The notes: generated by a model from the letters alone, not told the origin. Numbered from the stretch's first letter, positions 20,588 through 30,396 are shown. The stretch is DNA of 50,405 bases from Eubacteriales bacterium (GCA_045542035.1 JAZQKG010000089.1:1-50405); one strand, 5' to 3'. Program-made: numbers and translations.

Positions 20588-22699
20588 ATGAAGCTTATAA
20601 TAGCCGAAAAGCCAAGCCTTGCAAGAAATATTTGCGCAGGCATTGGTAAAATGGAGAAAAAAGACGGTTATTTTATAAATGAGAATTATATCGTAAGCTG
20701 GGCTTTCGGTCATCTCTTTTCTTTAGCGGACGTTGAGAGCTATACAGGAGCGGAAAGCGGTTCGGGATGGACGCTTGATAACCTTCCTTGCTTTCCCGAA
20801 AAATTTAAATTCGAACTAAGACGCGGTGAGGATAAAAAGGTTGATTATGGCGTAGCAAAGCAGTTTAAGGTTCTTGAGGTGCTGTGCAACAGAGATGACG
20901 TTGACACTATTGTAAACGCCGGGGACGCTGACCGCGAGGGAGAAATAATAGTTAGACTTTGCGTTGATAACGCCCTAAAAACAGAAAAGCCGCAAAAGCG
21001 TCTATGGCTTCCCGATCAAACACCCGAGACTGTAAGAGCAGCGCTTCTCGATATGAAGGAAGAAACTGAGTACGATAATCTCGCAAACGAGGGTTACGCG
21101 CGTACTTATATTGATTGGTTGTATGGAGTTAATTTAACACGGTATGCCACCATCAGAACGGGAAAGCTTCTCAGAGTCGGACGCGTAATCGTTCCTATTG
21201 TGCGCGCTATATACGAGCGCGATATGGAAATAAAAAATTTCAAGCCCGAAACATATTACGTTATACGCTCAAACGAGGAGACGAACGGGGAGCGTGTAGA
21301 ATTAATCAGTAAACAAAAATTTACAAAAGACGAGCTTGCAAAGGCCGATGAGACATCTTCTTTGTATAATAGCGCGGGAGCTGTTGTTATAAGCGCCGAA
21401 AGCAAAAAGGATACGGTTCACCCCGGAAAACTATATTCTCTTTCAACGCTTCAGAATACTCTCGGTAAAAAATACAAGATGAGTATGAGCGAGAGCCTTA
21501 AGATTATACAGAAGCTTTACGAGGACGGGTATCTTACCTATCCGAGAACGAACTCCGAGTATCTTGCCACGGCTGAAAAGGATAAGATGAAGGCGATTAT
21601 TTCAAACGTCTCAAAGCTTGGATATCCCGTCAGGTTCAAGGATTCAAAATATATTTTCGACGATTCTAAAATTGAATCACACTCGGCTCTTACTCCTACA
21701 TATAAAATACCTTCGTCGGAGAAGCTATCGGAGAAGGAGAAGCAGGTTTATTCTACGGTGTTTCGCAGATTTGTAGCTGTGTTTTGCGCTGAGGAATGCG
21801 TTGCCGAAAAGAGCGAGATAAAAATAAAAGTCGGTGATTTGGAGGAGTTTTCTTTAAAGGGAACTGTTATGCTTGAGCCCGGTTGGACAAAGTATGACGA
21901 TTATACTCAAAAAGATAAGATTCTTCCTAAACTTACTGTCGGCGACTCGGTTAATATTCGTTTTGAGCCTGCCGAGCGTCAGACAACGCCTCCAAGGCAT
22001 TATACGATAGAGACGCTTAATAATTATCTGAAGAATCCCTTCAAGGACGATAAAGCAAAGGCGAAGGAGCTTGAGGAAAGCGGAGAGGTGGATGATGCTG
22101 ATGATTACCGCGCAATATTTGAGGGACTTGAGCTTGGAACCGAAGCGACGAGGACGGGAATTATAGATAACGCAAAAAAGAGCGGATATATCAATCTGAA
22201 AAAGGACGTTTATACAATTCTTGAGGGCGGAGAATATCTTATTGAATCGCTTGAAAAGCTTTCAATTGCTATGGATAAGTATAAGACGAGCGAGCTCGGC
22301 AAAGCGCTTAAAAAGGTTTTTCGCGGTGAGATGAGCGTTATGGACAGCGTCTCGCTTGCCGAGGGGGAAATTGCTGAAATATTTAAGCGCGGAGGCTCGG
22401 CGCCCGTGCCTACAAATATAAATACCGGCTCATACGGTGAAATCGTAGGAAAATGCCCAATATGCGGAAGAAACATCGTGAGAGGTAAAACAAGCTACGG
22501 ATGCATGGGATATAATGACGGATGCGAATTTCGCGTTGGAATCAATATATGTAAAAAAAGCATACCGATAAATGAGGTAAGACGCCTTCTTGAAACGGGT
22601 TCTACAGCTAAGCTTAGCGGATTTATATCAAAGAACGGAAAACGCTTTGACGGTAAGCTTGTGTTAAAGGACGGAGCGGCGGTTTTCAGTTTTGATTAA
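20588..22699 (+). CDS. topB: Type IA DNA topoisomerase (TopB-like)
   Basis: IAEKPS, AGDADREGE, LTYPRT (catalytic Tyr), GTEATR, C-terminal CPICG and FISKNGKRF repeat. Confidence 0.9.
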   Translation: MKLIIAEKPSLARNICAGIGKMEKKDGYFINENYIVSWAFGHLFSLADVESYTGAESGSGWTLDNLPCFPEKFKFELRRGEDKKVDYGVAKQFKVLEVLCNRDDVDTIVNAGDADREGEIIVRLCVDNALKTEKPQKRLWLPDQTPETVRAALLDMKEETEYDNLANEGYARTYIDWLYGVNLTRYATIRTGKLLRVGRVIVPIVRAIYERDMEIKNFKPETYYVIRSNEETNGERVELISKQKFTKDELAKADETSSLYNSAGAVVISAESKKDTVHPGKLYSLSTLQNTLGKKYKMSMSESLKIIQKLYEDGYLTYPRTNSEYLATAEKDKMKAIISNVSKLGYPVRFKDSKYIFDDSKIESHSALTPTYKIPSSEKLSEKEKQVYSTVFRRFVAVFCAEECVAEKSEIKIKVGDLEEFSLKGTVMLEPGWTKYDDYTQKDKILPKLTVGDSVNIRFEPAERQTTPPRHYTIETLNNYLKNPFKDDKAKAKELEESGEVDDADDYRAIFEGLELGTEATRTGIIDNAKKSGYINLKKDVYTILEGGEYLIESLEKLSIAMDKYKTSELGKALKKVFRGEMSVMDSVSLAEGEIAEIFKRGGSAPVPTNINTGSYGEIVGKCPICGRNIVRGKTSYGCMGYNDGCEFRVGINICKKSIPINEVRRLLETGSTAKLSGFISKNGKRFDGKLVLKDGAAVFSFD

Positions 22700-22711
22700 C
22701 TCGCGGTTGTA

Positions 22712-22737
22712 ACTCAAATTTTAATTTGGCATAGTAT
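22712..22737 (+). promoter_or_regulatory. Possible mother-cell (SigK/SigE-like) promoter
   Basis: AC(22712-13)-N16-CATAGTAT(22730-37). Confidence 0.4.
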
Positions 22738-22788
22738 GATACTAAGCGGAACGAAATCCGCAATAGTAACTCCCGGAGGAAAACATAC

Positions 22789-22887
22789 ATGAATAACAAT
22801 TGCTTATGCCATCTCTTTGACGACAACTGCACTTGGATTATTATCCTCGCAATCGTTATCGTTTTCTGTTGCTGCTGCAATCACTGA
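22789..22887 (+). CDS. 32-aa Cys-rich single-TM small protein (probably spore-associated)
   Basis: MNNNCLCHLFDDNCTWIIILAIVIVFCCCCNH; GGAGG RBS; own terminator. Below the ORF-track cutoff. Confidence 0.75.
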   Translation: MNNNCLCHLFDDNCTWIIILAIVIVFCCCCNH

Positions 22888-22930
22888 TTACAGAACGACA
22901 TTTAGAGTAGCCGCGGCTCTCCGAATAGGC

Positions 22931-22966
22931 AAAAAACAGTTGCGCTGAAAGGTGCAACTGTTTTTT
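22931..22966 (+). terminator. Intrinsic terminator
   Basis: AAAAAACAGTTGCGCT-GAAA-GGTGCAACTGTTTTTT. Confidence 0.88.
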
Positions 22967-23027
22967 GTAATAAAAAAAGAAATACCGCCGTATATTTAAA
23001 TACAGATTAAAATAACGGAGGATTTTT

Positions 23028-23495
23028 ATGTTTATATATTCTGTTCGCGCGTCTACTATACGCTTTTTTTCGGTCATAGCGCTTACGTTAGTTGTTCTTG
23101 TTGGAATTCTTGCCTTTGGAGGCGGAGGGGAGACATCGGTGTTTGCCGCTTCGGCAAAGGTTGATTTTTCGGGAATAAAAACAAATGAGGAGCGCGTAGC
23201 TTTTATTTCGCAATTCGGCGTTAAGGTGGGGGCGCAGGCTGTTGAAACTGTAGATTTCAGAGTTCCCGAAAATTTTGACAGAGTAATCGCAGGGTATAAC
23301 GAAATTCAGAAGTCGCAAGGGCTTGACCTTTCGAGGTATAAGAATAAAAAGGTAACGAGATATACCTATGAGGCTGCTGATTATAACGGGAAGGGCGCAT
23401 TTGTAAATCTCGTGATTTATAAAGGAACTGTAATTGCCTGTGATATATCGTCTACAGACCCCGACGGATTTATTGAGCCGCTTATAAAGCTTTAA
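23028..23495 (+). CDS. DUF4830-like exported protein
   Basis: N-terminal TM; TNEERVAFI..G, YNEIQKSQGLDLSRYK.K.V.RYTY, VIACDISS. Confidence 0.75.
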   Translation: MFIYSVRASTIRFFSVIALTLVVLVGILAFGGGGETSVFAASAKVDFSGIKTNEERVAFISQFGVKVGAQAVETVDFRVPENFDRVIAGYNEIQKSQGLDLSRYKNKKVTRYTYEAADYNGKGAFVNLVIYKGTVIACDISSTDPDGFIEPLIKL

Positions 23496-23514
23496 TATTT
23501 TTGAATTTTATGCA

Positions 23515-23552
23515 TAGAATGCCGCCTTCGTTACTTCGATGGCGGCATTCTA
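23515..23552. terminator. Terminator hairpin between convergent genes
   Basis: TAGAATGCCGCC...GGCGGCATTCTA. Confidence 0.75.
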
Positions 23553-23555
23553 AAA

Positions 23556-24485
23556 TTATTTGTTTTTTTCTGTCTTTTTATAGTAAATAACAAGAATAAA
23601 TGAGAGCGCGAAGCCTAAGGCGAGCATTACTGCGCACATTACCCAATGAAAAACAGACGTCGGAAGCGTGGAAAGAGTAAATCCCGATTCCTTAGCGGTG
23701 GAAATATAGATTGAAGGAACCGAGCCTATAATAAATCCGAGTATCGCGAAATATGTTCCTCTCGGAAAGTTCTTTAAAAGATATTTCATAATTTTTGAAA
23801 TAAGAATAAATCCTATGCCTATTCCAAGCGCCGTACATCCAAGCACGGCAAGCGATGTTCCTACGTCCTTACCCACGAGAAGATGCTCCGTTGCCATATT
23901 AACTATGGGGTTGTAGTATCCGAATATGAGCAAAAGCATACTTCCGGAAATACCGGGAACTACAAGAGCTGTTGAGCCTATAAGACCAATAATCACAAGC
24001 AACAAATAGCCTCCGAAGTTAAGACCGAACAGATTAACGTCCCCGCTCACGGGAAGGAATGAAAGCGAGGCTGCGGCTATAAGAGGAATAGCGCAGGCTG
24101 CAATGTTGGTTGGTTTGATTTTGCCTTCGAGCTTATCGGTAATAGAGGGAAGACCGCCTATTGCAAGCCCTACGAAAAGACAGACTGTTGGAAACGGAAA
24201 ATTTTCAAGCGCCCAGCTAAGAGGAAAGAGGAGCGAAACAACTCCCATTACCATACCGATAGCTATCGGTAAGAGAGTCAGTATGCTTTTTTTGAAGTTT
24301 TTTATTATATCGGCAATTGCACTAACGAGCTTTTCGTATATTCCGAGAATTGCGGCAATCGAGCCTCCTGAAAAGCCTGGAATAATAAAGGCAATGCCAA
24401 TTGCGAATCCGCGTATAACGTCAAGAAGAAAATCGCGAGGGTTCGATTTTTTTTGCTCGGTTTGCGCAATTTTGCTTTCTTCCAT
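23556..24485 (-). CDS. DUF368 family membrane protein (putative undecaprenyl-phosphate translocase)
   Basis: Duplicated IPGFSGGSIA...GIY and VPGISGSMLLL..GYY motifs. Confidence 0.9.
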   Translation of the reverse strand: MEESKIAQTEQKKSNPRDFLLDVIRGFAIGIAFIIPGFSGGSIAAILGIYEKLVSAIADIIKNFKKSILTLLPIAIGMVMGVVSLLFPLSWALENFPFPTVCLFVGLAIGGLPSITDKLEGKIKPTNIAACAIPLIAAASLSFLPVSGDVNLFGLNFGGYLLLVIIGLIGSTALVVPGISGSMLLLIFGYYNPIVNMATEHLLVGKDVGTSLAVLGCTALGIGIGFILISKIMKYLLKNFPRGTYFAILGFIIGSVPSIYISTAKESGFTLSTLPTSVFHWVMCAVMLALGFALSFILVIYYKKTEKNK

Positions 24486-24566
24486 AATTTTGTTAATTTT
24501 CCTTTCTACTTTAAAGAGCTATACCGTTAAGGTAAAATCTTTGTTTTGTTATATTTTGTCGAAAAT

Positions 24567-25685
24567 TTATTTTTCGAATTCATTTGCGACGTCTATCAAA
24601 AGTTCGGGAATATTAAGCTTTTGCGGGCATACTTCCGCGCACCTTCCGCATTTTATGCAGTCGGATGCTTTCCCTTTTGAAACCGTATGAACGCCGTTGT
24701 AATAGAATCCCGGATTCCATCCCTTGAATGTTTTCTTAGAATTAAGACAGGCAAAGAGGTCCGGTATGGAAATATTCTTCGGACATACCTCTGTACAGTA
24801 TCTGCATGCTGTGCAAGGGATAACGTCCTGAGCCTTGAAAATCTTGCAGACCTTGTCAATCGCCTCTTTTTCATAACTTTTGAGAGGAATAAAATCCTTC
24901 ATATATGAGATGTTGTCTTCCATTTGTTCAAGACTGCTCATTCCGGAAAGGACGGTAATAACGTTTTTAAAGCTTGCGGCGAATCTTATAGCGTAGCTTG
25001 CGTATGAGCCGCCTCCAAGCGAGTCAAATATCTCTTTTGCTTCATCGGGCAGACTAACGAGGCTGCCGCCTTTAACCGGCTCCATAACTATGACAGGCTT
25101 GTTATATTTCTCGCACACCTCAAGGCAAAGCCTTCCTTGAACGGCGGCATCATCATAATCAATGTAGTTTAACTGAATCTGAACAACCTCTATTTCGGGA
25201 TGCTCTGAGAGTATTCTTTCAAGAAGTGACGCTTCGTCGTGAAATGATATTCCGAAGTGCTTGAATTTGCCCTCTGCCATTATCTCAAGCGCAGTTTCAT
25301 AGGCGCGCTCACGGGTGTATTTTTCGTATAGCTTTGCGCTTTGCGCGTGCATGAAGTAAAAATCGAAATATTCAACACCGCACGCTTTAAGCTGACTTTC
25401 AAAGAGCGGGCGGATTTCCTCCTTTTTTTTGAAATGGAAGGTGGAAAGCTTGTTAGTCAGCACGTAACTTTCTCTTGGATATCGTTTTACAAGACAGTCG
25501 CGAAGAGATGTTTCGCTTAAACCGTCAATGTATCCGTGCGCGGTGTCAAAATAATTAAAGCCGTTTTCCATAAAAGCATCTATCATTTTATTAAGCTCTT
25601 TGTAATCTACCTCTTTGTCGAGCATTGGAAAACGCATACAGCCGAAGCCGAGCTTCTTTTTTATCTCGGGAAAGGACTTATACAT
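24567..25685 (-). CDS. Aldo/keto reductase with C-terminal 4Fe-4S domain
   Basis: LGFGCMRFP, YFDTA, VMEPVKGG, CTACRYC..CP, CIKCGRC..CPQ. Confidence 0.92.
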   Translation of the reverse strand: MYKSFPEIKKKLGFGCMRFPMLDKEVDYKELNKMIDAFMENGFNYFDTAHGYIDGLSETSLRDCLVKRYPRESYVLTNKLSTFHFKKKEEIRPLFESQLKACGVEYFDFYFMHAQSAKLYEKYTRERAYETALEIMAEGKFKHFGISFHDEASLLERILSEHPEIEVVQIQLNYIDYDDAAVQGRLCLEVCEKYNKPVIVMEPVKGGSLVSLPDEAKEIFDSLGGGSYASYAIRFAASFKNVITVLSGMSSLEQMEDNISYMKDFIPLKSYEKEAIDKVCKIFKAQDVIPCTACRYCTEVCPKNISIPDLFACLNSKKTFKGWNPGFYYNGVHTVSKGKASDCIKCGRCAEVCPQKLNIPELLIDVANEFEK

Positions 25686-25688
25686 ATA

Positions 25689-25991
25689 TTAATCCTCAAA
25701 TTTATATTTATTCAAATCAACTCTAAAACCAACGACTTCAATTCCTTCAGCTTCAAGCTTTTTCTTTTGCATAAAAATCCCTCCGAAAGCAAAATTCTCA
25801 GAGAGCTTTCCTTTTGAATTTACGACTCTGTAACAAGGGAATTTTTCTTCGTCGGGATTATTATGTAAAATATTACCCACCGCCCGCGCAAAATTTTTAT
25901 TTCCAATATGCTTTGCTATCTCGCCGTAGGTGGTGACTTTTCCTCTGGGAATTGTGAGTAGGTACGCGAATACCTTATCTCTCATTACCAA
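25689..25991 (-). CDS. MGMT/Ogt-family alkylguanine repair protein (DNA-binding domain only)
   Basis: IPRGKVTTYGEIA, ARAVGN, PCYRVV, QKKKLEAEGI. Start may be 25985. Confidence 0.88.
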   Translation of the reverse strand: MVMRDKVFAYLLTIPRGKVTTYGEIAKHIGNKNFARAVGNILHNNPDEEKFPCYRVVNSKGKLSENFAFGGIFMQKKKLEAEGIEVVGFRVDLNKYKFED

Positions 25992-27181
25992 TACATTTTG
26001 AAGTCGGGGTTAAGGTATCTTGAGAGAGCCTCGAGATAGAAGTAGTCACCGTAAACGGCTGTCTGGTCTATACCGAGCCTCTGAGGAAGCGCAGCAGTAA
26101 CGTGGAAGAGAAGCCCCTCATAGTCAATTCCAAGCTCGCCCGTGCATCTGTCAATCGTTGAATCAAGCATTTGAGCAGCAGCGCTTTCGAAAACAGGCTT
26201 TTGCTCAGCGTCATCGGGAAGCATTTTGCACATCTCGTGCATACCGCAAATAGAGATAACTCCTGCGGATGCGTCTTTGATAACCTTATCCGAAACGAAG
26301 TCGAAATCCCATGCGGGAATAAGGTCATCGGAGAGGTGGTTAAGCATAAAATAGGTTACATCTCTATGTACGTCTATAAGATATTTTTCGTTGCTGTAGC
26401 CGTATGCCGCCGGGAAGCCGAAAACGCCCCATGAGTGACCGCGTGACCAGCAGGAATCGTCGCTTCTTCCTTGCAGTGTAACGCCTCTTACGGGAGCTGC
26501 CGTTTCAACGTCAAACTGATAATGATGGTACGTTGAAGCATCGTTTCTTACGAGATATTGCTCTGTCGTTTTAACGTGAGCCGACGCGGCTTCCGCATAT
26601 TCCTTTTTGCCGGTTTCCTCAGCCGCCCAGAAGAGAAGGGGAGCATTCATAAGCGAGTCCATCATAGTTCTTGCATCCTCAACGTGTCCTGCCGCCCAGC
26701 CTTTCCAGTCACGGATAATAAACTTACCCTTCTTCGAATATCCGGTATTGTAGAAATACTCTGCGGCATCAAGGGCAGTTTGTCTATCCGCTTCGTTTCC
26801 TGTAAGTCTGTAGGAAGCAACGCAGGAAGGAAGGAAAGCAAATCCAACGTCGTGGTCGTCAACGCCGATTCTGTCGTCAAGTCTCTGTCTGAATGTAGCG
26901 GTGAGTTTTTCCGCCATATCCTTAAAGAATTTGTTGCCTGTAAGCTCGTATGCGCGCCAATAGCATCCGGCATACATACCGCCTACCCAGTTTTTGTTAT
27001 TATCGTATTCATATTTGTAATTTATAGACCAACAGCTCGGAAATTCAAGTCCGTGCTCTTTTCCCATTTTCTCAAGTCTGTCAGCAGCTTCTGATGCTGC
27101 TTTGATAAGCTTTTCCTTTGAAATAGTGTAGGGCTTTGAAAATCTTTCGGGATTTGTGAGAGTGATCTTTTCTGTAACCAT
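25985..27181 (-). CDS. Glycoside hydrolase family 88 (unsaturated glucuronyl hydrolase-like)
   Basis: DHDVGF, MMDSLMN, STYH, SCWSRGHSW, DASA, YGDYFYLEAL. Confidence 0.9.
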   Translation of the reverse strand: MVTEKITLTNPERFSKPYTISKEKLIKAASEAADRLEKMGKEHGLEFPSCWSINYKYEYDNNKNWVGGMYAGCYWRAYELTGNKFFKDMAEKLTATFRQRLDDRIGVDDHDVGFAFLPSCVASYRLTGNEADRQTALDAAEYFYNTGYSKKGKFIIRDWKGWAAGHVEDARTMMDSLMNAPLLFWAAEETGKKEYAEAASAHVKTTEQYLVRNDASTYHHYQFDVETAAPVRGVTLQGRSDDSCWSRGHSWGVFGFPAAYGYSNEKYLIDVHRDVTYFMLNHLSDDLIPAWDFDFVSDKVIKDASAGVISICGMHEMCKMLPDDAEQKPVFESAAAQMLDSTIDRCTGELGIDYEGLLFHVTAALPQRLGIDQTAVYGDYFYLEALSRYLNPDFKMYW

Positions 27182-27238
27182 AATACTTACCTTTCTTTGA
27201 TTGCATATATTTTTAATACAAAAGTATTTACTAAATTA

Positions 27239-27267
27239 ATTATACATGTTTAATAATGCTATGTCAA
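27239..27267 (-). promoter_or_regulatory. SigA promoter for GH88
   Basis: TTGACA-N17-TATAAT, full consensus. Confidence 0.8.
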
Positions 27268-27515
27268 GTTTTTTTCAACATAATTTGTTATTTATTTCCC
27301 AGTGCGGTTGTTAGACTTTTTCGAGCTCAATTTTATAGTCGTTTTCGTGACTTTTGCCGTCGGTGCCCACGCAGTAAGGAGTAACAACGGGCATATAACG
27401 ACAACAACAAGCTTAGGATATTTTGCGGTATAAATATAATCGAAAAATTGTATTGACTTTTTTTATAAGGTATGCTATGATTATAGTCGTATATAATTTC
27501 TGGCAGGTAAATTTT

Positions 27516-28388
27516 ATGAAAACAAGAGCTTTTATATTTATAGTTTTAGCGGGAATTTTTTGGGGAACATCAGGAATTTTTGTTCATTATCTTGCGCCAT
27601 ACGGTTTTACGTCCATACAAATGACGGCTATGCGTGCTACAGTATCTTTTGTGGTAATGGGAGTCTACGTTCTTATAAAAAACCGCGGGCTTTTTAAAGT
27701 TAATCTTAAAGAAATTCTTTTGTTTTTCGGAAGCGGTCTTTCTTTTTTATTAACTGCAACGTTTTATTATACCTCTATGCAGCTCTCTTCCGTCGCGACA
27801 GCGGTGGTTTTGATGTATACCGCACCTGCTATAGTTATGGTTTATTCTGTACTTTTTCTTGGAGAGAAATTAACAAAGCTCAAGACCGTTGCCGTAGCCG
27901 TAATGCTTATAGGCTGCTGTCTTGTGTCCGGCATTGTTGGAGGCATGAAATTTAATGCGCTTGGAATCCTTTTCGGAGTGCTTTCGGGAATATCCTACAG
28001 TGCATATAATATATTCACGAAAATAGAGATGAAAAAGGGAAGCAGCGCAGTTTCGGCAACTCTCTATAATTTCCTGTTTGCATCGGTTGGTGCTGTAATT
28101 ATATGCGATCCGATAAATATGTCGGCAAATTTTTTAAGCAAACCCGAGTTTACTATACCTATGGCAGTAGCCTGCGGTATTGTGACCTGTATTGCACCGT
28201 ATTTTCTTTACACGGTTGCCATGAAAACGCTTCCCGCGGGAACCGCATCAGCCCTTGGTATTGTTGAGCCTATGGCGGCGACTGTGTTTAGCGTTATCGT
28301 TTTGCATGAAAGCCTTAACCTTTTTTCCGCGATAGGCGTTGTAATGATTCTCGGAGCTGTGTTTTTGCTTGGTCGCGAGGACGGATGA
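27516..28388 (+). CDS. EamA/DMT family transporter
   Basis: Two EamA repeats, about 10 TMs (LAGIFWGT, LMYTAP, EPMAAT); upstream TTGACT-N17-TATGAT. Confidence 0.92.
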   Translation: MKTRAFIFIVLAGIFWGTSGIFVHYLAPYGFTSIQMTAMRATVSFVVMGVYVLIKNRGLFKVNLKEILLFFGSGLSFLLTATFYYTSMQLSSVATAVVLMYTAPAIVMVYSVLFLGEKLTKLKTVAVAVMLIGCCLVSGIVGGMKFNALGILFGVLSGISYSAYNIFTKIEMKKGSSAVSATLYNFLFASVGAVIICDPINMSANFLSKPEFTIPMAVACGIVTCIAPYFLYTVAMKTLPAGTASALGIVEPMAATVFSVIVLHESLNLFSAIGVVMILGAVFLLGREDG

Positions 28389-28637
28389 TGTATGTAGATG
28401 CTAACCGTTATTCTTACGGTATTTTGCGTTACATGGGGGATAATATAAAATCGTCACAGAGGATGCGGTCTTTACCGCCATTACAGAAATATGCTGAGCA
28501 AATAGCGCGCGTATGCTCTTTACGTTGACGAAAATGCATACAGAGATTTCTGCGTTGTGGTAACCGATGAAGAGATAGCACTTGCCAAAAAGCTTGCATT
28601 CGAAGCGGTTATTGAAGAGGGCTATAAGCTTAACTGA
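28385..28637 (+). pseudogene. Frameshifted remnant of an unidentified gene
   Basis: Protein-like segments in different frames, ending AYALYVDENAYRDFCVVVTDEEIALAKKLAFEAVIEEGYKLN*. Confidence 0.35.
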
Positions 28638-28646
28638 GTTATCTTT

Positions 28647-28696
28647 TAATAAAAAAGTTGTAAATTCACATAAGCGAATTTACAACTTTTTTATTA
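28647..28696. terminator. Bidirectional terminator
   Basis: TAATAAAAAAGTTGTAAATTC...GAATTTACAACTTTTTTATTA. Confidence 0.85.
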
Positions 28697-29146
28697 TTTC
28701 TTTTTTGTCATACTTACTTTAATAACTGCTTTTTTAATTGTCTTCGGTTCTGCTGCAGCTCTGTTGGGCAGATGAGCTTCTTCGGGATAGAGAATAATTG
28801 CTTCACCGCTTGTATATATAACGGCTTCTGATTTCTCGTCAAAATTGTAAAGAGCCGCATCTTCGCCTTCCGAATAAGGCTTCATTATTCCAAGTTCTGC
28901 TTTGGGAGTATAGTAGATCTTTTCATCTCCCGATATAAGATACTGTATGTCAACGTACTTTTCATGCGCTTCCATCAGAGGCTTTTCTTCTTTTGTATCG
29001 CATGACTGAACGTTAACGTAACAGAATTCACCGAATTCGTATCTTTTGTTTTCGGTATCGCAATCTGCTCCCCTCAAAAACTCGATTGCTTCGTTTGGAA
29101 TGTCAAAATATTTTTTAATGTCTTCAATTCTTGTTAGCTTTATCAT
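28694..29146 (-). CDS. YhcH/YjgK/YiaL (DUF386) family protein
   Basis: EAHEKYVDIQY..SGDE, D...Y, YPEEAHLP, KKAVIKV. Confidence 0.92.
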   Translation of the reverse strand: MIKLTRIEDIKKYFDIPNEAIEFLRGADCDTENKRYEFGEFCYVNVQSCDTKEEKPLMEAHEKYVDIQYLISGDEKIYYTPKAELGIMKPYSEGEDAALYNFDEKSEAVIYTSGEAIILYPEEAHLPNRAAAEPKTIKKAVIKVSMTKKK

Positions 29147-29173
29147 ACTGTTTCTCCGTTTATATTTTTGTAA

Positions 29174-29445
29174 TTAAAATTCAAGATTACAGCTAATCTC
29201 GTACTCGCCGTATCCGGCGGAAATAATGAAGCTGTCTGCGGCTTTGATGCTTTTATTTTCGATTTTGCCGTTGCCGCTTGTGCAGCACACGCAGACAAAG
29301 GAATCACCATCTCTGAAAAAGCTTGAATGAGCTTGTATAATATGTTTAGTAACCGTGAAATATTCACACGCCCCCAGAGTTTCGCCTTTGAAAACAGTCT
29401 TTCCATTTCTGATTTTGGAATAAGTGAAAGAGTCTTTAAATAGTC
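29174..29445 (-). pseudogene. C-terminal remnant of a class I mannose-6-phosphate isomerase-like cupin
   Basis: An alternative frame with no ATG reads LGACEYFTVTKH...DSFVCVCCTSGNGKIENKSIKAADSFIISAGYGEYEISCNLEF*. Confidence 0.55.
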
Positions 29446-29606
29446 ATCTGTTGATCGGCTGTCAGTAAGCTTACAGGCAGGACGGACTATTCCTGTCTTA
29501 TTAAATGGCAGATCCATAGCAAAAACGGCATTAAACCTCTTTATCTATAATTCTGCGCGTTCTTGTGAGCTTTCATGGGCATCGGCGCTATCTCAATAAT
29601 GATCGG

Positions 29607-30317
29607 TTATACAATTTTTTGCTTCTGACTTTTTATGTTTCTTATTTTATTTTCAAAATTCAGTTTTTGAATAAATTGAGCGGTGGCAACGTCTTCCGTA
29701 TCTATCCATTCTTCTCCGTATGTAAATATAGCCATTCTGGGACCCGTGTCGTTCATAAGTGTGTTTTTATCTTTATATTTGAAAAGGAAAAGCAGGGTGA
29801 CGTATATATCTCCGGAGCATCCGCTTATATGACATGAAAATATTAGGGAGAGAATTATGTATAGCGCCGGGTTAATAAGGAAGGTGATAATGAGAGCGGG
29901 AATAAACAAAACTGTGAAAAGTATAAGCGGAGCAGTTACCGAAACAAGAGCTGTTTTGCGGTATGTAAATATGTGAGGAACACCGCAAAAAGCACAGCTC
30001 CAGCTTAGACCGAAGGTAAGCTTTTCTCCGGTCAGTTTTTTGTATGCAAAACCGTGAGTCAACTCGTGAAGTATGATGTAAACGATGTATCCTGTGAAAA
30101 AGAACAAGAAAATCGTTATAAATTTGTTCCCCTCAAGAGCGCCTAAAAAATCATTTTTGCGAAGCATAACAGGAAGCGCGCATACAGCTAAAGCCAGAGC
30201 AAGAATAACGAACGATATAAGTGTCAGAATCAATCCGAACAAAGCGTTTGTTGCGTCTATGGATTTTTCAAGTCGGTAACCTTTAGGCAGTTCCTTTTCA
30301 AATGTCTTTTCCTTCAT
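29607..30317 (-). CDS. DUF3267-like membrane zinc metalloprotease
   Basis: HELTHG (HExxH), APL, GCSGDIY, NDTG motifs; multiple TMs. Confidence 0.85.
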   Translation of the reverse strand: MKEKTFEKELPKGYRLEKSIDATNALFGLILTLISFVILALALAVCALPVMLRKNDFLGALEGNKFITIFLFFFTGYIVYIILHELTHGFAYKKLTGEKLTFGLSWSCAFCGVPHIFTYRKTALVSVTAPLILFTVLFIPALIITFLINPALYIILSLIFSCHISGCSGDIYVTLLFLFKYKDKNTLMNDTGPRMAIFTYGEEWIDTEDVATAQFIQKLNFENKIRNIKSQKQKIV

Positions 30318-30396
30318 TTCATTTCTCCTTTCGATATGTTATACTAAACTGCTGTAAAATGAATTTTTAAGTTTTGCTCGAAAATCACTTTTGCCC

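Noticed and set aside
27300-27420. Riboswitch between GH88 and EamA
   Set aside because: It lies outside both predicted transcripts (between the divergent promoters) and matches no aptamer I recognise; it may be a coding remnant.
29143-29517. 124-aa hypothetical CDS
   Set aside because: No RBS or motifs; a different frame carries the PMI-like similarity.
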